In this document: positions 21,642 to 32,900 of the stretch, one piece after another
How positions within the stretch are numbered: the first letter of the stretch is position 1
Layout: every line of letters starts with the position of its first letter
Source: Paramoeba atlantica
Taxonomy: Eukaryota > Protista > Discosea
DNA: 64,000 nucleotides
NCBI GenBank assembly: GCA_977017575.1
Contig: CDRNVI010000021.1
Span: 186,001-250,000, forward strand
Direction: 5' to 3'
Program-made: the position numbers and the translations under genes
Notes under the pieces: model-generated
Database searches by the model: none
What the model was told of the DNA's origin: nothing
Seen by the model: the letters and a program-made list of their open reading frames with translations, nothing else

Positions 21642-24578
21642 TCACCTTTTTTTGGTTTCCTTGATCGTTCGTTTTAAGGCGTTCCTGTCTGCCTTTCCAT
21701 GTGTATAGCGTAGTTTTGTCTGCAGTTCTTTTAGGTGCCGGGAGAAGGACGAGGCTATTTTTTCGCTTTCCAAGGGTCTGCATCGGGTCTTTGCGTGACC
21801 TTTCTTTGTGCGGATTAAAAAGCCTTTCGTGGGATTCACGTCGCGAGCAACCTCGTAGGTAGAGACAGATAGTATGGAGCTCAGGAGTTCGGCGTTCCTA
21901 ACGGCGGAATCTATGTCTTGTTCAGGAGTGAGTAATGCACTACACCTTTTGAGAGCCTTGGTCTCAACGTCGTGCCACTGTGCGTCCGTTAAGTTGATAC
22001 ATATCTTTCCCCCTTGGATGTACCTGGCTGTTCGGAGTAGGTAATCGAGATCCTGTTCTTTATACTCCTGCAGGTCTGGTGGAACCGCCGAGCGAGGTAC
22101 TTTGGATTCCTGGGCAGAGCTGGTCTCGGCGGCAGTGGAACCTGCAGTTGGAGGAGCAGCGGGACCGAAGACTTTACAGCAACGATGAGCACACCCGAGT
22201 TTGTCGCGGCAGGTGTGGCGGCAGGGTTGTGCAAAGGATTGCAAAGAGGGTACACGACTGGGTGGGTCTGCTATGCGATATGCTGGAAGCTCCGGAATAG
22301 CTTCTAAGACCGGCGGAGTTTCGTCGATGGGTGTGTGTCGATGTAGGGTTATCACATAATCTGCAAGCCCGGGAATTTCGGAGCCGTTTAGTCTCTTAAG
22401 AACGGCTTTACTGAGAGTACCCGGAGAGGAATAGTAATCTGAAAGTTTTAGGGCTGCATCCTGGTACAGAGATACCCAACTGGAGTGGCGCGAAGACTTG
22501 TCCGGGCTTCCGACTTTGTGAATTGTAATGAAATCGCACGCCCCATGGTCCATCAGTTCTTCTACGGAACATCCTCTTACTATGATGTCGTGCGTGGGGT
22601 TGCCAGAGTTCAGCGCCTTCGAAATGGCTGCCTGCGCTCCCTGCAGGGAGCTAATCCTGCTGCGTGTGATTTGACTTTCGCAGGCAGCTCGTACGTCCGG
22701 AAAATATAACCATTCTTGGGCACTTGCTAGGCGAAGTTTCAGAGGCTTTGATCGGGATTGTATAAAATGTAGGCATTGTTTCCCTTTCTCTGTCGAGCGA
22801 CGTCTTTCTACAGGGACCCCCGAATTCCCAGAAGGCACGTCGTGAGGGACCTTCTCGAATACCCATTCCGGAACTTCGTCGTCCGCAGTGCAGAGAGGGA
22901 ACGGTGGTTCTGTCAAGAGTCCTTCTGAGTCGTCGGTATGGTGGGGTGACTTTATACGATTAATAAGTAGTTTCTCTACGCCGCGGCGTGTGGGACTAGG
23001 CGTGAACGAGACGTTCCAGGACTCCGGCACTATCGAAAGATTCTGTGGCGGCGATAAAGGGGCAGGGAGGTACGGGACTTTCTCTGCTTTGGAGTTGTCG
23101 GAAGTGTCCACCCCTGCGTCGTGCTCGGGCGTGCTGCTGGGATGGTCGCGATATGGTTCATCAGTTATCCGGTCTGGGGGGTGCTTTTCGGTATCAGAGG
23201 AAGAGATACGTGCGGGTGACGATGTTGTGATGCCAGGGGTAAGCCCTCTTTTGCAGCAAAGGTGGCCACACGTGGTTTTGTCCTTACAGGGATGTTTACA
23301 TGGTAGATTGTATGGGTTCTGAGGCTCTGGTTCGGGCTGTCGAGCGCTGAGGCGCAATATCGGTCCTTCCTGCAGCTTTTCTATAGCGAATTCGGGAGAT
23401 TCTCGCTTGGGAGATAGTTGGGACCCTCGGTTTACGGTCTTGGGAGTCATCTTTCTGAGAGGCGGTGGTTTCGCTCGTGCTTCCGGGGGAGGGATGCCAA
23501 GGAGGCCTTTACATAATTCATACGCAAGATTGATAGCTGTTGAGGAGATAGTATGTTGTTTTCCTTCCGGAGGAGAAGAAGGGGATTTCCGAAAGGTGGG
23601 CACCTTACTTGCTTCACGCTGATCAGCTCTGTTGGCATGCGTTGTAGCAGGGTTGTCGCTGTTTGATCTTGCGATTCCTGGGGCAATCAATTTTCTCTTC
23701 GCCGACATTTCTCCCTCGACGTGTTTCCTTGAGCGTTCGTAGTGGTTGGAGCCCTCGCTTGTGGATCTGCCGCTGGGTGAAAACACTTCCGTGTTCGAGG
23801 AGTTCTGCGCAGTTTGGGGTTTGCCCGCACATTGAAATATGGGCTTGGTCAAGTGGCGCAGTACTTTCACCATAAAGCCCCCAGAGTCTCCTGCCAGATT
23901 TTGACTCCCATTGTCGCGCGTACTGCTTTGTGGATCTAGTCTAGGTGCACTACCGGCGCTCGTACAAGTGGTGTGGAGGTGACGTTTACAACAGGGGTGC
24001 CCGCAATTCGCCTTATCCTTGCAGATATGTTTGCACGGGGCGATAGGTTCAGGTACATCCTTTACTCCTTCAGATGGTGGGGCTTCAGAGGACATTGTGT
24101 TTGTTTCCGTCCTCCTCGTTACATCGGTAACAGTATTCCCTTGGGATACATGTGTGGTACTATCTTCGGGAACACAGGTAGGAAGAAGATGTCGTTTACA
24201 ACATGGGTGGCCGCACAGACTCTTGTCTTTGCAGGGATGCTTGCATTGTGAAATGTTAAGGGGCTGAGTGGACGGCGGATTCGGCGCAGTCTTGCAGCAG
24301 GGATGGCCGCATTTTGTTTTCTCCTTACAAGTATGTTTACATCGCCGGGTCGTATTTATTGCGGTTTCCTTCTTTTCAGTGTTTGTTTTCAGTGAACCTC
24401 TCATAGGAGCTTTGGAGCTGACTCGGTAGGAGTTTGCATGTTGAGCTGCATGTTCCTTGGCCTCGCGTTCAGCACCTGTCAGAGAGGTGGCGGATCGGCT
24501 AGTTACGTTGCCTAGTCTCTTATGAGAGTCCTGCAACGCCTGTGAGATTTCCCCACTTCTGGCATGTGGCGAGGTCAT
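21642..24578 (-). CDS. N-terminal part of the same polyprotein, with five CxHxCx4CxHxCC repeats
   Basis: CKHTCKEKTKCGHPCCK, CKHPCKDKSLCGHPCCK, CKHICKDKANCGHPCCK, CKHPCKDKTTCGHLCCK, CRHTCRDKLGCAHRCCK. Confidence 0.8.
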   Translation of the reverse strand: MTSPHARSGEISQALQDSHKRLGNVTSRSATSLTGAEREAKEHAAQHANSYRVSSKAPMRGSLKTNTEKKETAINTTRRCKHTCKEKTKCGHPCCKTAPNPPSTQPLNISQCKHPCKDKSLCGHPCCKRHLLPTCVPEDSTTHVSQGNTVTDVTRRTETNTMSSEAPPSEGVKDVPEPIAPCKHICKDKANCGHPCCKRHLHTTCTSAGSAPRLDPQSSTRDNGSQNLAGDSGGFMVKVLRHLTKPIFQCAGKPQTAQNSSNTEVFSPSGRSTSEGSNHYERSRKHVEGEMSAKRKLIAPGIARSNSDNPATTHANRADQREASKVPTFRKSPSSPPEGKQHTISSTAINLAYELCKGLLGIPPPEARAKPPPLRKMTPKTVNRGSQLSPKRESPEFAIEKLQEGPILRLSARQPEPEPQNPYNLPCKHPCKDKTTCGHLCCKRGLTPGITTSSPARISSSDTEKHPPDRITDEPYRDHPSSTPEHDAGVDTSDNSKAEKVPYLPAPLSPPQNLSIVPESWNVSFTPSPTRRGVEKLLINRIKSPHHTDDSEGLLTEPPFPLCTADDEVPEWVFEKVPHDVPSGNSGVPVERRRSTEKGKQCLHFIQSRSKPLKLRLASAQEWLYFPDVRAACESQITRSRISSLQGAQAAISKALNSGNPTHDIIVRGCSVEELMDHGACDFITIHKVGSPDKSSRHSSWVSLYQDAALKLSDYYSSPGTLSKAVLKRLNGSEIPGLADYVITLHRHTPIDETPPVLEAIPELPAYRIADPPSRVPSLQSFAQPCRHTCRDKLGCAHRCCKVFGPAAPPTAGSTAAETSSAQESKVPRSAVPPDLQEYKEQDLDYLLRTARYIQGGKICINLTDAQWHDVETKALKRCSALLTPEQDIDSAVRNAELLSSILSVSTYEVARDVNPTKGFLIRTKKGHAKTRCRPLESEKIASSFSRHLKELQTKLRYTHGKADRNALKRTIKETKKR

Positions 24579-24780
24579 GAAGGGTCGTAAAAGTAGGGGA
24601 AAATAAACAACAAGCAACAACAAGCAAACCATCTCCGTAGATACCTAGATAACGAGGACAAGCCCACAAGTGCCAGGCAGGCCTGAAACCCCCCGTATTT
24701 TCCTTTATGTCTTCCCATTTTCCATTGAAATGACAGATCCCTTCCTTTTTATATTCACACTGTTGCATGCACCATAGAGT

Positions 24781-25481
24781 AGCTCAACACTGTTTCGTGC
24801 AGCGACTCAACCGGCTTTGGGTGGCTCAACGCCGTAACAACAGCGGATCTACACTACATGCGAGCGGCTCAACGCTGTATTAACAGCGGCTCAACGCTCC
24901 ATTTCATCAGCATGAGTGGCTCAACGCTGTATCAACAGCGGCTCTACACTACATGCGAGCGGCTCAACGCTGTATCAACAGCGGCTCAACGCTCCATTTC
25001 ATCAGCATGAGTGGCTCAACGCTGTATCAACAGCGGCTCTACACTACATGCGAGCGGCTCAACGCTGTATTGACAGCGGCTCAACGCTCCATTCCATCAG
25101 CATGAGTGGCTCAACGCTGTATCAACAGCGGCTCTACACTACATGCGAGCGGCTCAACGCTGTATTGACAGCGGCTCAACGCTCCATTCCATCAGCATGA
25201 GTGGCTCAACGCTGTAACAACAGCGGCTCTACACTACATGCGAGCGGCTCAACGCTGTATCAACAGCGGCTCTACACTACATGCGAGCGGCTCAACGCTG
25301 TATCAACAGCGGCTCAACGCTCCATTCCACCAGCATGAGTGGCTCAACGCTGTATCAACAGCGGTTCTACACTACATGCGAGCGGCTCAACGCTGTATTG
25401 ACAGCGGCTCAACGCTCCATTCCATCAGCATGAGTGGCTCAACGCTGTAACAACAGCGGCTCTACACTACATGCGAGCGGC
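24781..25481. repeat. Higher-order minisatellite (~95-bp unit built from 21/22/30-bp GCGGCTC-initiated monomers)
   Basis: Monomers GCGGCTCAACGCTGTATCAACA, GCGGCTCTACACTACATGCGA and GCGGCTCAACGCTCCATTCCATCAGCATGA recur in irregular order. Confidence 0.9.
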
Positions 25482-25521
25482 TTGATGTTTCTTTTTTTTT
25501 TTTGCTTACAAAAAGGTTGAT

Positions 25522-28500
25522 CTTTTTTTTTTGGGGGGGGGGATACGAGTTGAAAACAAGCAATCAAATTAGCAATTCTTTTTCTTTCCACAGATGTACC
25601 TTTTTTCTCAGCCCAAAACTAGCAATTTAGTCTCCCCTAAGTATATACTACAAACAAGAAAAACAGTAAAAATTAAAACAAGCAATCCATGCCCAATCCA
25701 TTCGCGCGTTCCGGACCGGGTCTTTCGACCTCTCCACGGCCTGACTTGTGAACCCTTCCCTTGTTATATGGGAGGGCGCAGGCGCGGGCCTGTGTCGACA
25801 GCGACACGGTCACGAAACAGGATGCTGGCCGACGGGGAGGAGATTCACTACCCGTGTGCTACCTCACTTGGGGTACCTAGCCCTCGCGGGCTAGGCGTGA
25901 GTATAGACTCTGTCGACCCGACCAGCACCCGTCCTGGATACCATGGTGTCTTCGTGCTGAAATAGGACTGTCAGTCCGAATCCCTACCTATCTCACATTG
26001 GGGTACCTCACTCTCGAAGGCGAGGCGTGAGAATAGGCACTGTAGGCTCGATCGCTCCTGCCGGTCCGCAGCTGGCACGATTCGGTGTGGTGTCAGAGGG
26101 TGCCTCGTGCAGTAAAGCGAGACTGGCATGGATATCCACGTCTGCCATGCGTCTTACAAGCATTCGTGCCTGAGACCGCATGAGCGTAACGTTCATGTCC
26201 TGGAGAAGAAAAAACATTGACGTTTGCTCGGACATATCACCCTTACATGCTGCGGCTCTTTTTCCCGCGATCTTCTTCAGCATATGGAGGGACGTCGGAC
26301 TCCATGATCCGTACGATTCCACTACCATGGCGGTGAAATCATGTCCGGCCTCTAGAGCCTCTTGCCTTTGTCCACGCTTGTGGTTCGTCGCATATTTCTC
26401 TGCGAAGGCCCCTGCAGCTACCATGCCAGCAGAACGGACCAGGTCCGTATATTTCTGTTGCTGGACGTGGGTCACCGCAAAATCAAAGACAAGGCCTTTA
26501 CCGAGCGTGTAGCTCGGAAGGAACACATCCCCTGGTCTTGTGAGTGCCCCCCTGGACCTCTGTTGCCGAGGCTGTGCTCCCTTTTCGGAGACAAATTGGC
26601 CTTTTGACAAACGTCAAAGAACTGGAGGGCCAAGGCATTATGCCTCGCCGAGATCCCGTAGTCGTGTTTACAGACCAATGCGTGGTCTCCTTGTGGTCCC
26701 ATCGGAAGCGTGCATCCTGAGACGGGACAGGGGTGTGTTTCTGGATATACTTTTTGTCCTAGCCACCAGGTGCACAGGGTGCGAAACTCCGTTTTAGTAA
26801 AGGCGTGCCCCTTTTCCCTGGAGGGCGTGACAAACAGCCAGTCACCTGCCCCTTTTCCAGATTGAGATATCCAACGTGCCCTCGTTTGAGGATCAGCTTT
26901 CTGATATGCATCGGTGTACTCGCGGGAAGAAATTGCACGGCTGAGCACCTTTTGGCGTGCGACTCGGTCGTTGGAAGATGAAAATTCGTGGTCGAGTTTC
27001 GTTTGTTCAAAGTAAGTGGTCGTCGTGTCTCCGGGTGGTGCTACGGAAAGATTCGCCGGGAGAGGTCGTTTTGATCCACGGAGACCCAGTACTTTTTTGA
27101 GGTGAGAGAGAGAGGAAGCGTGCTGAGGGGAAATTAGACCGGTTTTCTCTTCCAGGACGCTGGTGCCCGCTCGTGAATTGACGTCCAGTATTGCATCAGC
27201 AAAATCTTTTGCGTCGAGGGAGTTCCAGTTGTCCTTATCCGCTGCGAAAGAGACTGAGGAAACGTACGCCGATGAGGCATGCATCGCTGAAGAGCGCAGC
27301 CCGAATCCACCATAAGATTTTGGACGTTGTACTTGTGCGGCAGCGTCTTCATTTAAAGGACATATAGAGCGTTCCGTGGTATGCAGTATTGCTGTGTCAA
27401 GTTCTTCGCATAGCTCATGGACGGAATTGGTGGGTGTGGTTCTAAGAGAATATGCCATTTGGCTGAAACCAGCACATTGTCGGATGAGTGCGAGGGAAAC
27501 TTGCGGGTCTTCCATGTATTCGATCGCGGCTAGGGATTCTTCAGCAGGCAACAGGGTGTGTTCACGGAGAAATTCTGTGCAGAAATCAGTCGTTCCTACA
27601 GGGCTACATAAAATTGAAAAATTTCCCTCGCTTGTCTTTTTAGTCGTCGGGATGTTGTCGAAGCTGTCCAAGTGTTCGGCGGATTCAGGATGTGTAATCG
27701 CCTCGCACTTGCTGGCGTTTAGGAAGATGCCCCACTGTGGGCCGACTCGTTCGATGATGTCTAAAGCTCGTCTGACGTCGTGAGCCTTCCCCCCGAGAAT
27801 GCCGTCATCCAAATACCACAGATTAAGCTTAAGAAGACCAGGAAGTTGTCGATCTATCTCGGTAGTAACCAGTTGCATGACGAGGGAAAAAAGTAAAGGA
27901 CCCAACGGATCCCCTTGTTGCACACCCTCCTTTGAAGAAATCTGACGGAAACCGTAAGTGAGAATACTCTCGGTGGTGTAACACCATTCAACCCACTGGG
28001 AGAGCTCCGGGAAGTGCTCCCTCATAAGTGCAGCAAAGGCAGTTCTTGAGATGTTGTTAAAGGCATTTCGCAGATCCACTTTACATAGCGTGAAATCAGA
28101 ACTTCCCGCCTGAGAGGCCATCACGTGCCTACACAGGTGGATCAGGCGTTCGGCCCCTGCAGGTGTTGCGACTCCGTATTGATGAGGCCAGAGTAGTTTG
28201 CTTGCCTTTTCCTTTACTGCGGAGCAGGCCGCTTTGCTCACAAGTCGCCTTATTGTTTCGCCGGCAGCAATAGGACGGACATCATTTTCTCCCTTTTCTA
28301 AGGCACATAGTCTGGCGCCGCCGAAGAACTTCTGGACTTGGAGACAACCTTTCCCGGACAGCAAGAGGTTCATGACTTCCTTGAGATAGAAAAGCGGCTG
28401 TACCTTGTCGTCAGGGTGTGCTGCTAAGGCGCTCTGGAGATGCTCAGGGCGGAGGCCCATGGTGCCAGCCGATGTTCCGCGCCGGAAACTGCGTAGTGCC

Positions 28501-29904
28501 TTTTCAACTTCGCCTTCGGATAGATGTAAAGGCTCTCCTTCTATGGACGGAATGTGACTGAAGATGATAAAGGCAATCTACCTGGGTGCTTCGATTGGAG
28601 TTTTTCGTAAGTTTCTTCGGATTCAGGTGCCATCGGTGCTGCTGTAAGAGCTGCCATCGCACGGGAAAACTCCCCTTGTCTGGCCAGCAACTCGGCTCGT
28701 TTCGCCGCCTTGCCGGACTCGTCCACTTCCTCATCGTCGTTCCTCTCCCGCTTCTTTACCATTTGCGCAACAGATTCGTTCCACAGTGCCGCGTATTCCC
28801 TGGATTCCCAGCGATCCATGCGTTGGCTCGTTTTCGTGGTATAGGACGAATTTCCTTTTCGTCCCCCTCTTTTGGGCGCGGGCAGGACACATTTTGGGAG
28901 CATCGCTAAGCGTGTCCAGGCCTCAACCGAGTTCTCTCTAACCACTGCAGCCATTGTTTGGGTCAAAACGGAGGCCCACTGTTGTCTGCATCGGAATGGT
29001 ACATCTTTGCATGTGTTGATGGCGTAAGAGCAGACATAATCAAGAGACGGGAGCGAATCCTTGTAAATTTGGGAAATGGAAGCCTCTTCGGTTTCTGGCT
29101 CACAGGTTAGCGACGAGGTGTAAGAGCTAAAGGAGTCTTGACATTTTTCCTCATGGGAAGCTTTTTTATTGTGATCATAGTGCTTGCCGCATGAGGGGCA
29201 TAAGAAACGTCCTTCTTTTTCCCACCATTCCGAAGGCACAGTATCGCTATGTTGGCTTGCGACGTGATGGTAGTAGGCCTGCCACTTCCCTCCGTGTGCT
29301 GCGGTGCTCCAGTTGCACACTTCGACTGGACAGGTGCGACGTCTCATTGTGTCTCGTCTAGCTGGTTGGCGAGTCTTGGAATCTTTACTAACCCCTCTCT
29401 CGAAAATTTTGGGCGTCGACTTTTGGCTAGAAAGAGGGCTTTTTCGTAGGAGAAGCCTCGCTGTGGCCATGGAATGTGGTTCGTACCGCTCTGGGGTTTG
29501 GCTTGTTACTTCTTGACCTTTGCCAGACGTATTGGGGGCACAGTCCCTTGATACGCTGGAATGATTTCTCTCTTCGTCTGCCGATAAAATCATCCCCGTG
29601 TCAGGTGTCTGCTCTCGGTGCAAAGAATGTAGTGCCGTTTCCATTTTGTCTTGCCAGGCCGGTGTAATATTGGCGTCGTGTAGAGGGATTCATCATATGT
29701 ACTAGTTGCAGCGATAAGATGCTGATTACCCTCAAATTGGTCCCAGGAGCCTGGCGTGTGTGTTTTCTCCTCTTGGGCAAAAAGGTCATCTTCTGGTATC
29801 GTCATCGAGCCGCATGAATCAGCCTCCCTCATTGTCCGGATAAAAGAAATAGGGAAAGAAAAATAAGTCAACAAGGTACAGAAACTGTATCTTTATCGTT
29901 AAAG
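25522..29904 (-). mobile_element. SL-headed CRE/SLACS-type retrotransposon, unit E (frameshifted)
   Basis: SL 29869-29904; ATG 29832; ORF pieces 29832->28541, 28460-26472 (RT, WYLDD) and 26610-26008 (RLE: RPGDVFL, DFAVT, VVESYGSWS); C-run plus poly(A) near 25522-25542. Confidence 0.9.
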
Positions 29905-32900
29905 TTTTTTTTTTTTTATAATAGCTATATTAATTATACTTTTTTTTTACGCGTCCTTACTAGCAACAACAACAACAACAACAACTTACTTCCACACTTT
30001 ACGCGTCCTTACATGCGCAACGAAGGACGCAGGTTTTCTGCGGGCATCCGGAGTACCAACATGCGCGCTTGGGCTCGCATAAGGGTCACGTTCATTTCCG
30101 TGAGGAGGCGTTGGAAGGCCTTTCCACGCGAAAGTGTGCCCTGCGAAGCAGCTGAGCGGCGCTCGGCAACTTCTCGGAGAATTCCCCGCGCGCTCTCCGA
30201 CCAGGACCCGAAGGATTCCACCGCCATCGCGGTGAATCTATACCCTTGGGATTCGGCCTCGAGGCGCTCCAAACGTTTGTGTGCCGTAGCGTACCGTTCG
30301 GCAAAGGATCCTGCGTTTCCCACGTTAGCGCCTCGGACTGAGTTCGTATATGTAGGTTGCTGAACGTGAGTTACGCAGAAGTCCAATACCAAACCGGTAG
30401 CTAGGCCAAAGTTTGGGAGGAAGACATCGCCTGGTCTGGTGGGGCCGCCGCCCGGGCCGTGGTTGCCTAGACTGACCTCTCGTTGCGGGGCGAGGTGTGC
30501 CTTGGTGCACACGTCGCAGAAGTGCTCGACAAGGGCGTTGTGCCGGGAGATGAGGCCGTAGCCGCTTTTGCATGCGAGGGCATGCTGGCCATCAGATCCT
30601 AGCGGTTGGTTAGACTTGTCCATAGGGCAAGGGCGGGGGGTGTCGTAGACGTCTGCCCCGAGCCACCAGCGTGCCAGGGCGCGGAACTCCGTAGGGGTAA
30701 GGGCGTACCCCAGCTCTTTGGATGGGAGGACAAAGGCCCAGTTTGCGGCCGCTTCCCCGCTTTGAGAGAGCCATCTCGCTCTCGTTTCCTGATCAGCAGC
30801 CTCGAGCGCGCGGTAGAATTCTCGGGCGGCTATTGCTCGAGAAATGGTTTGTTGCTTAGGCGGAGTTGGACTTGCCGGTGGGGACTCTGGATCCTCTGGT
30901 GAGAGGTACCCTGTATGTACGTCGATGAGGGGTTTGTCGGACAGTTCGTTTACGTGGGCCATTGCCTCGCGGAAACCTTCTGCATCCAGCGCGTCCCATC
31001 CGTCTTGGCTCGCTGCGAAAGAGACAGAGGAAACGTATGCTGCTGAGCAGAAGAGAGACGAGGAGTGAAGACCGAAGCCGCCATATTCCTTTCTGCTCTG
31101 AGCCTGGACGCGTCCGGGAGGATTGAGTGAGCAAAGCGCGTCTTCTAATGCTTGTATCACCGCGGTGTCGAGGCTTGAGCATAGGTCTAATAAGGGTTTG
31201 GTAGGTGTTGCTCGGAGGGAGAAGACGAGCTGGCAAAAGCCAGAACATTGGCGGATGAGGGTTAGTGCTACTTGGGGGTCGTCGATTTTCTTTATAGCGC
31301 TGAGTGTGGACAATGCTGGGGCCAAGGCGTGTTCCCGGAGGTAGTCACTACAGTATTGCGCGGATCCCACCGGGCTGCCGAGGATGCTGAAATTACCGTC
31401 GCGGAGGATTCTCTGTTGCGGGATCTCAGGGAATAGTGCGACGCGGTGTGCGGATGGAGGCTTTAAAATCAATTCACACTTATGAGTGTTAAGAAGGAGT
31501 CCGAGTTGTTGACCTTCCCGTGCGATGATGTCGAGGGCTTGCTTGACGAGTGCTGCCTTTCCGGCGAGGACTCCATCGTCAAGGTACCAGACATGCAGGA
31601 AGAGTTCTTCGGGAAGCTCGGCGTTGATGATCTCCGCGAGGTGACGGATTACCAGGGAAAAAAGGAGTGGCCCCAAGGGGTCACCTTGCTGAACGCCTTC
31701 TGCGGAGTGCACTATGTGTTGTCCGAAAGTGAGATAGCTTTCCGTTTCGTAACACCATTCTACCCATTTAGAGAGGTTCGGGAAATGCTCCTGAGTCAAG
31801 GAAAGAAAGGCGGATCTTGAAACGTTATTAAAAGCGTTTGAGAGGTCAACTTTGCACAGGACGAAATCGGTATCATCAGCGTACTTGGTTACCGTCTGAC
31901 GACACAGGTGAATCATGCGCTCGGCTCCAGCGGCGGTGGCAACACCGTATTGCTGTCCTTGAAAGAACGTACTTGCTTTCGCCTTGCTTGCCGCACAGGC
32001 TGCCTTGCTTGCGATGCGACGAATAGTTTCACCTACGGCTATTGGGCGGATGTCCTGTTCGCCTTTCTGCAGTGCGCAGAGACGAGCTCCGGCGAAATAT
32101 TCGTGGGAGTCAAGGTGAGCCTTACCCGACAGAAGGAGATTAATAAGGTCAGTGAGGGCTGCGAGGGGCTTGGTCTTTGAATCAATGTTCACCAGCAGGG
32201 CCTCTTGGATGTGCTCCGGGCGGAGACCCATGGTGCCACCCGAGGAGCAACGACGAAAGGATTTCACAACCGACTCTAGCTCTTTTTCGGTGACCTGGAG
32301 CTTTTTCGGTGTTCCTGGATCTCTGTTGTGGTGGGAAACGTGTGTGGCGCTAGAGTGGGAAGGCGACAAGGATGTTTTTTCTGAAATTTGGCGAGGGACT
32401 CAGCGTTGTCCGGAGCCAAAGGGGACGAGATGAGGGCTGTGATGGCTCGGGAAAGTTCGCCTTGCCGTGCGAGAAGATCTGCCCGAACTTCTGTTCGCGT
32501 CATTCCTATGCGAGCGGAGACGTCTCGCTTCTTTAGGAAGTCGCTCTCCGCATTCTTCCAGAGGGAGGCATATTCCCCTGACTGCCACCGCAGAAGCGAC
32601 CCCTTTACATGATTAGAATATGATGTGTGACCCTTTCGACCGACGCGGTGGGGTGCAGGGAGTACACATTTCGGCAGCATGGCTAACAACGTCCAGGCGG
32701 TTACGGTGTTGTCCTTCACCGCTTAGTAGAGGACATCTGTCAGCACTGAGGCCCACAGTTGCCGACATCGATAAGGGACATTTTTACAGGTGTTCATCGG
32801 GGTACTGCATATGGTGCGAAGGGACGGTAAGTCGGTAGGCGACTCCCTAAGGTGGTCTGGTGATGAAACCTGAGGATCAATGGGAGAGGCAGCAGGAGGG

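Larger units (their letters stand above)
18987..24780 (-). mobile_element. RLE-type non-LTR retrotransposon (HERO/NeSL/R2-like), two lesions
   Basis: The N-terminal ORF (ATG 24578) joins the RT-RLE ORF through a frameshift in T7 (21647-21653) and an in-frame TGA (21518-21520). ~100-nt 3' UTR ends CATTCAATAAACA. Confidence 0.85.

Noticed and set aside
24916-25450. Repetitive ORFs (MAQRCINSGSTL...)
   Set aside because: Translations of the satellite.
24781-25481. CRISPR array
   Set aside because: The 'spacers' are themselves repeated monomers, there are no cas genes and the context is eukaryotic.
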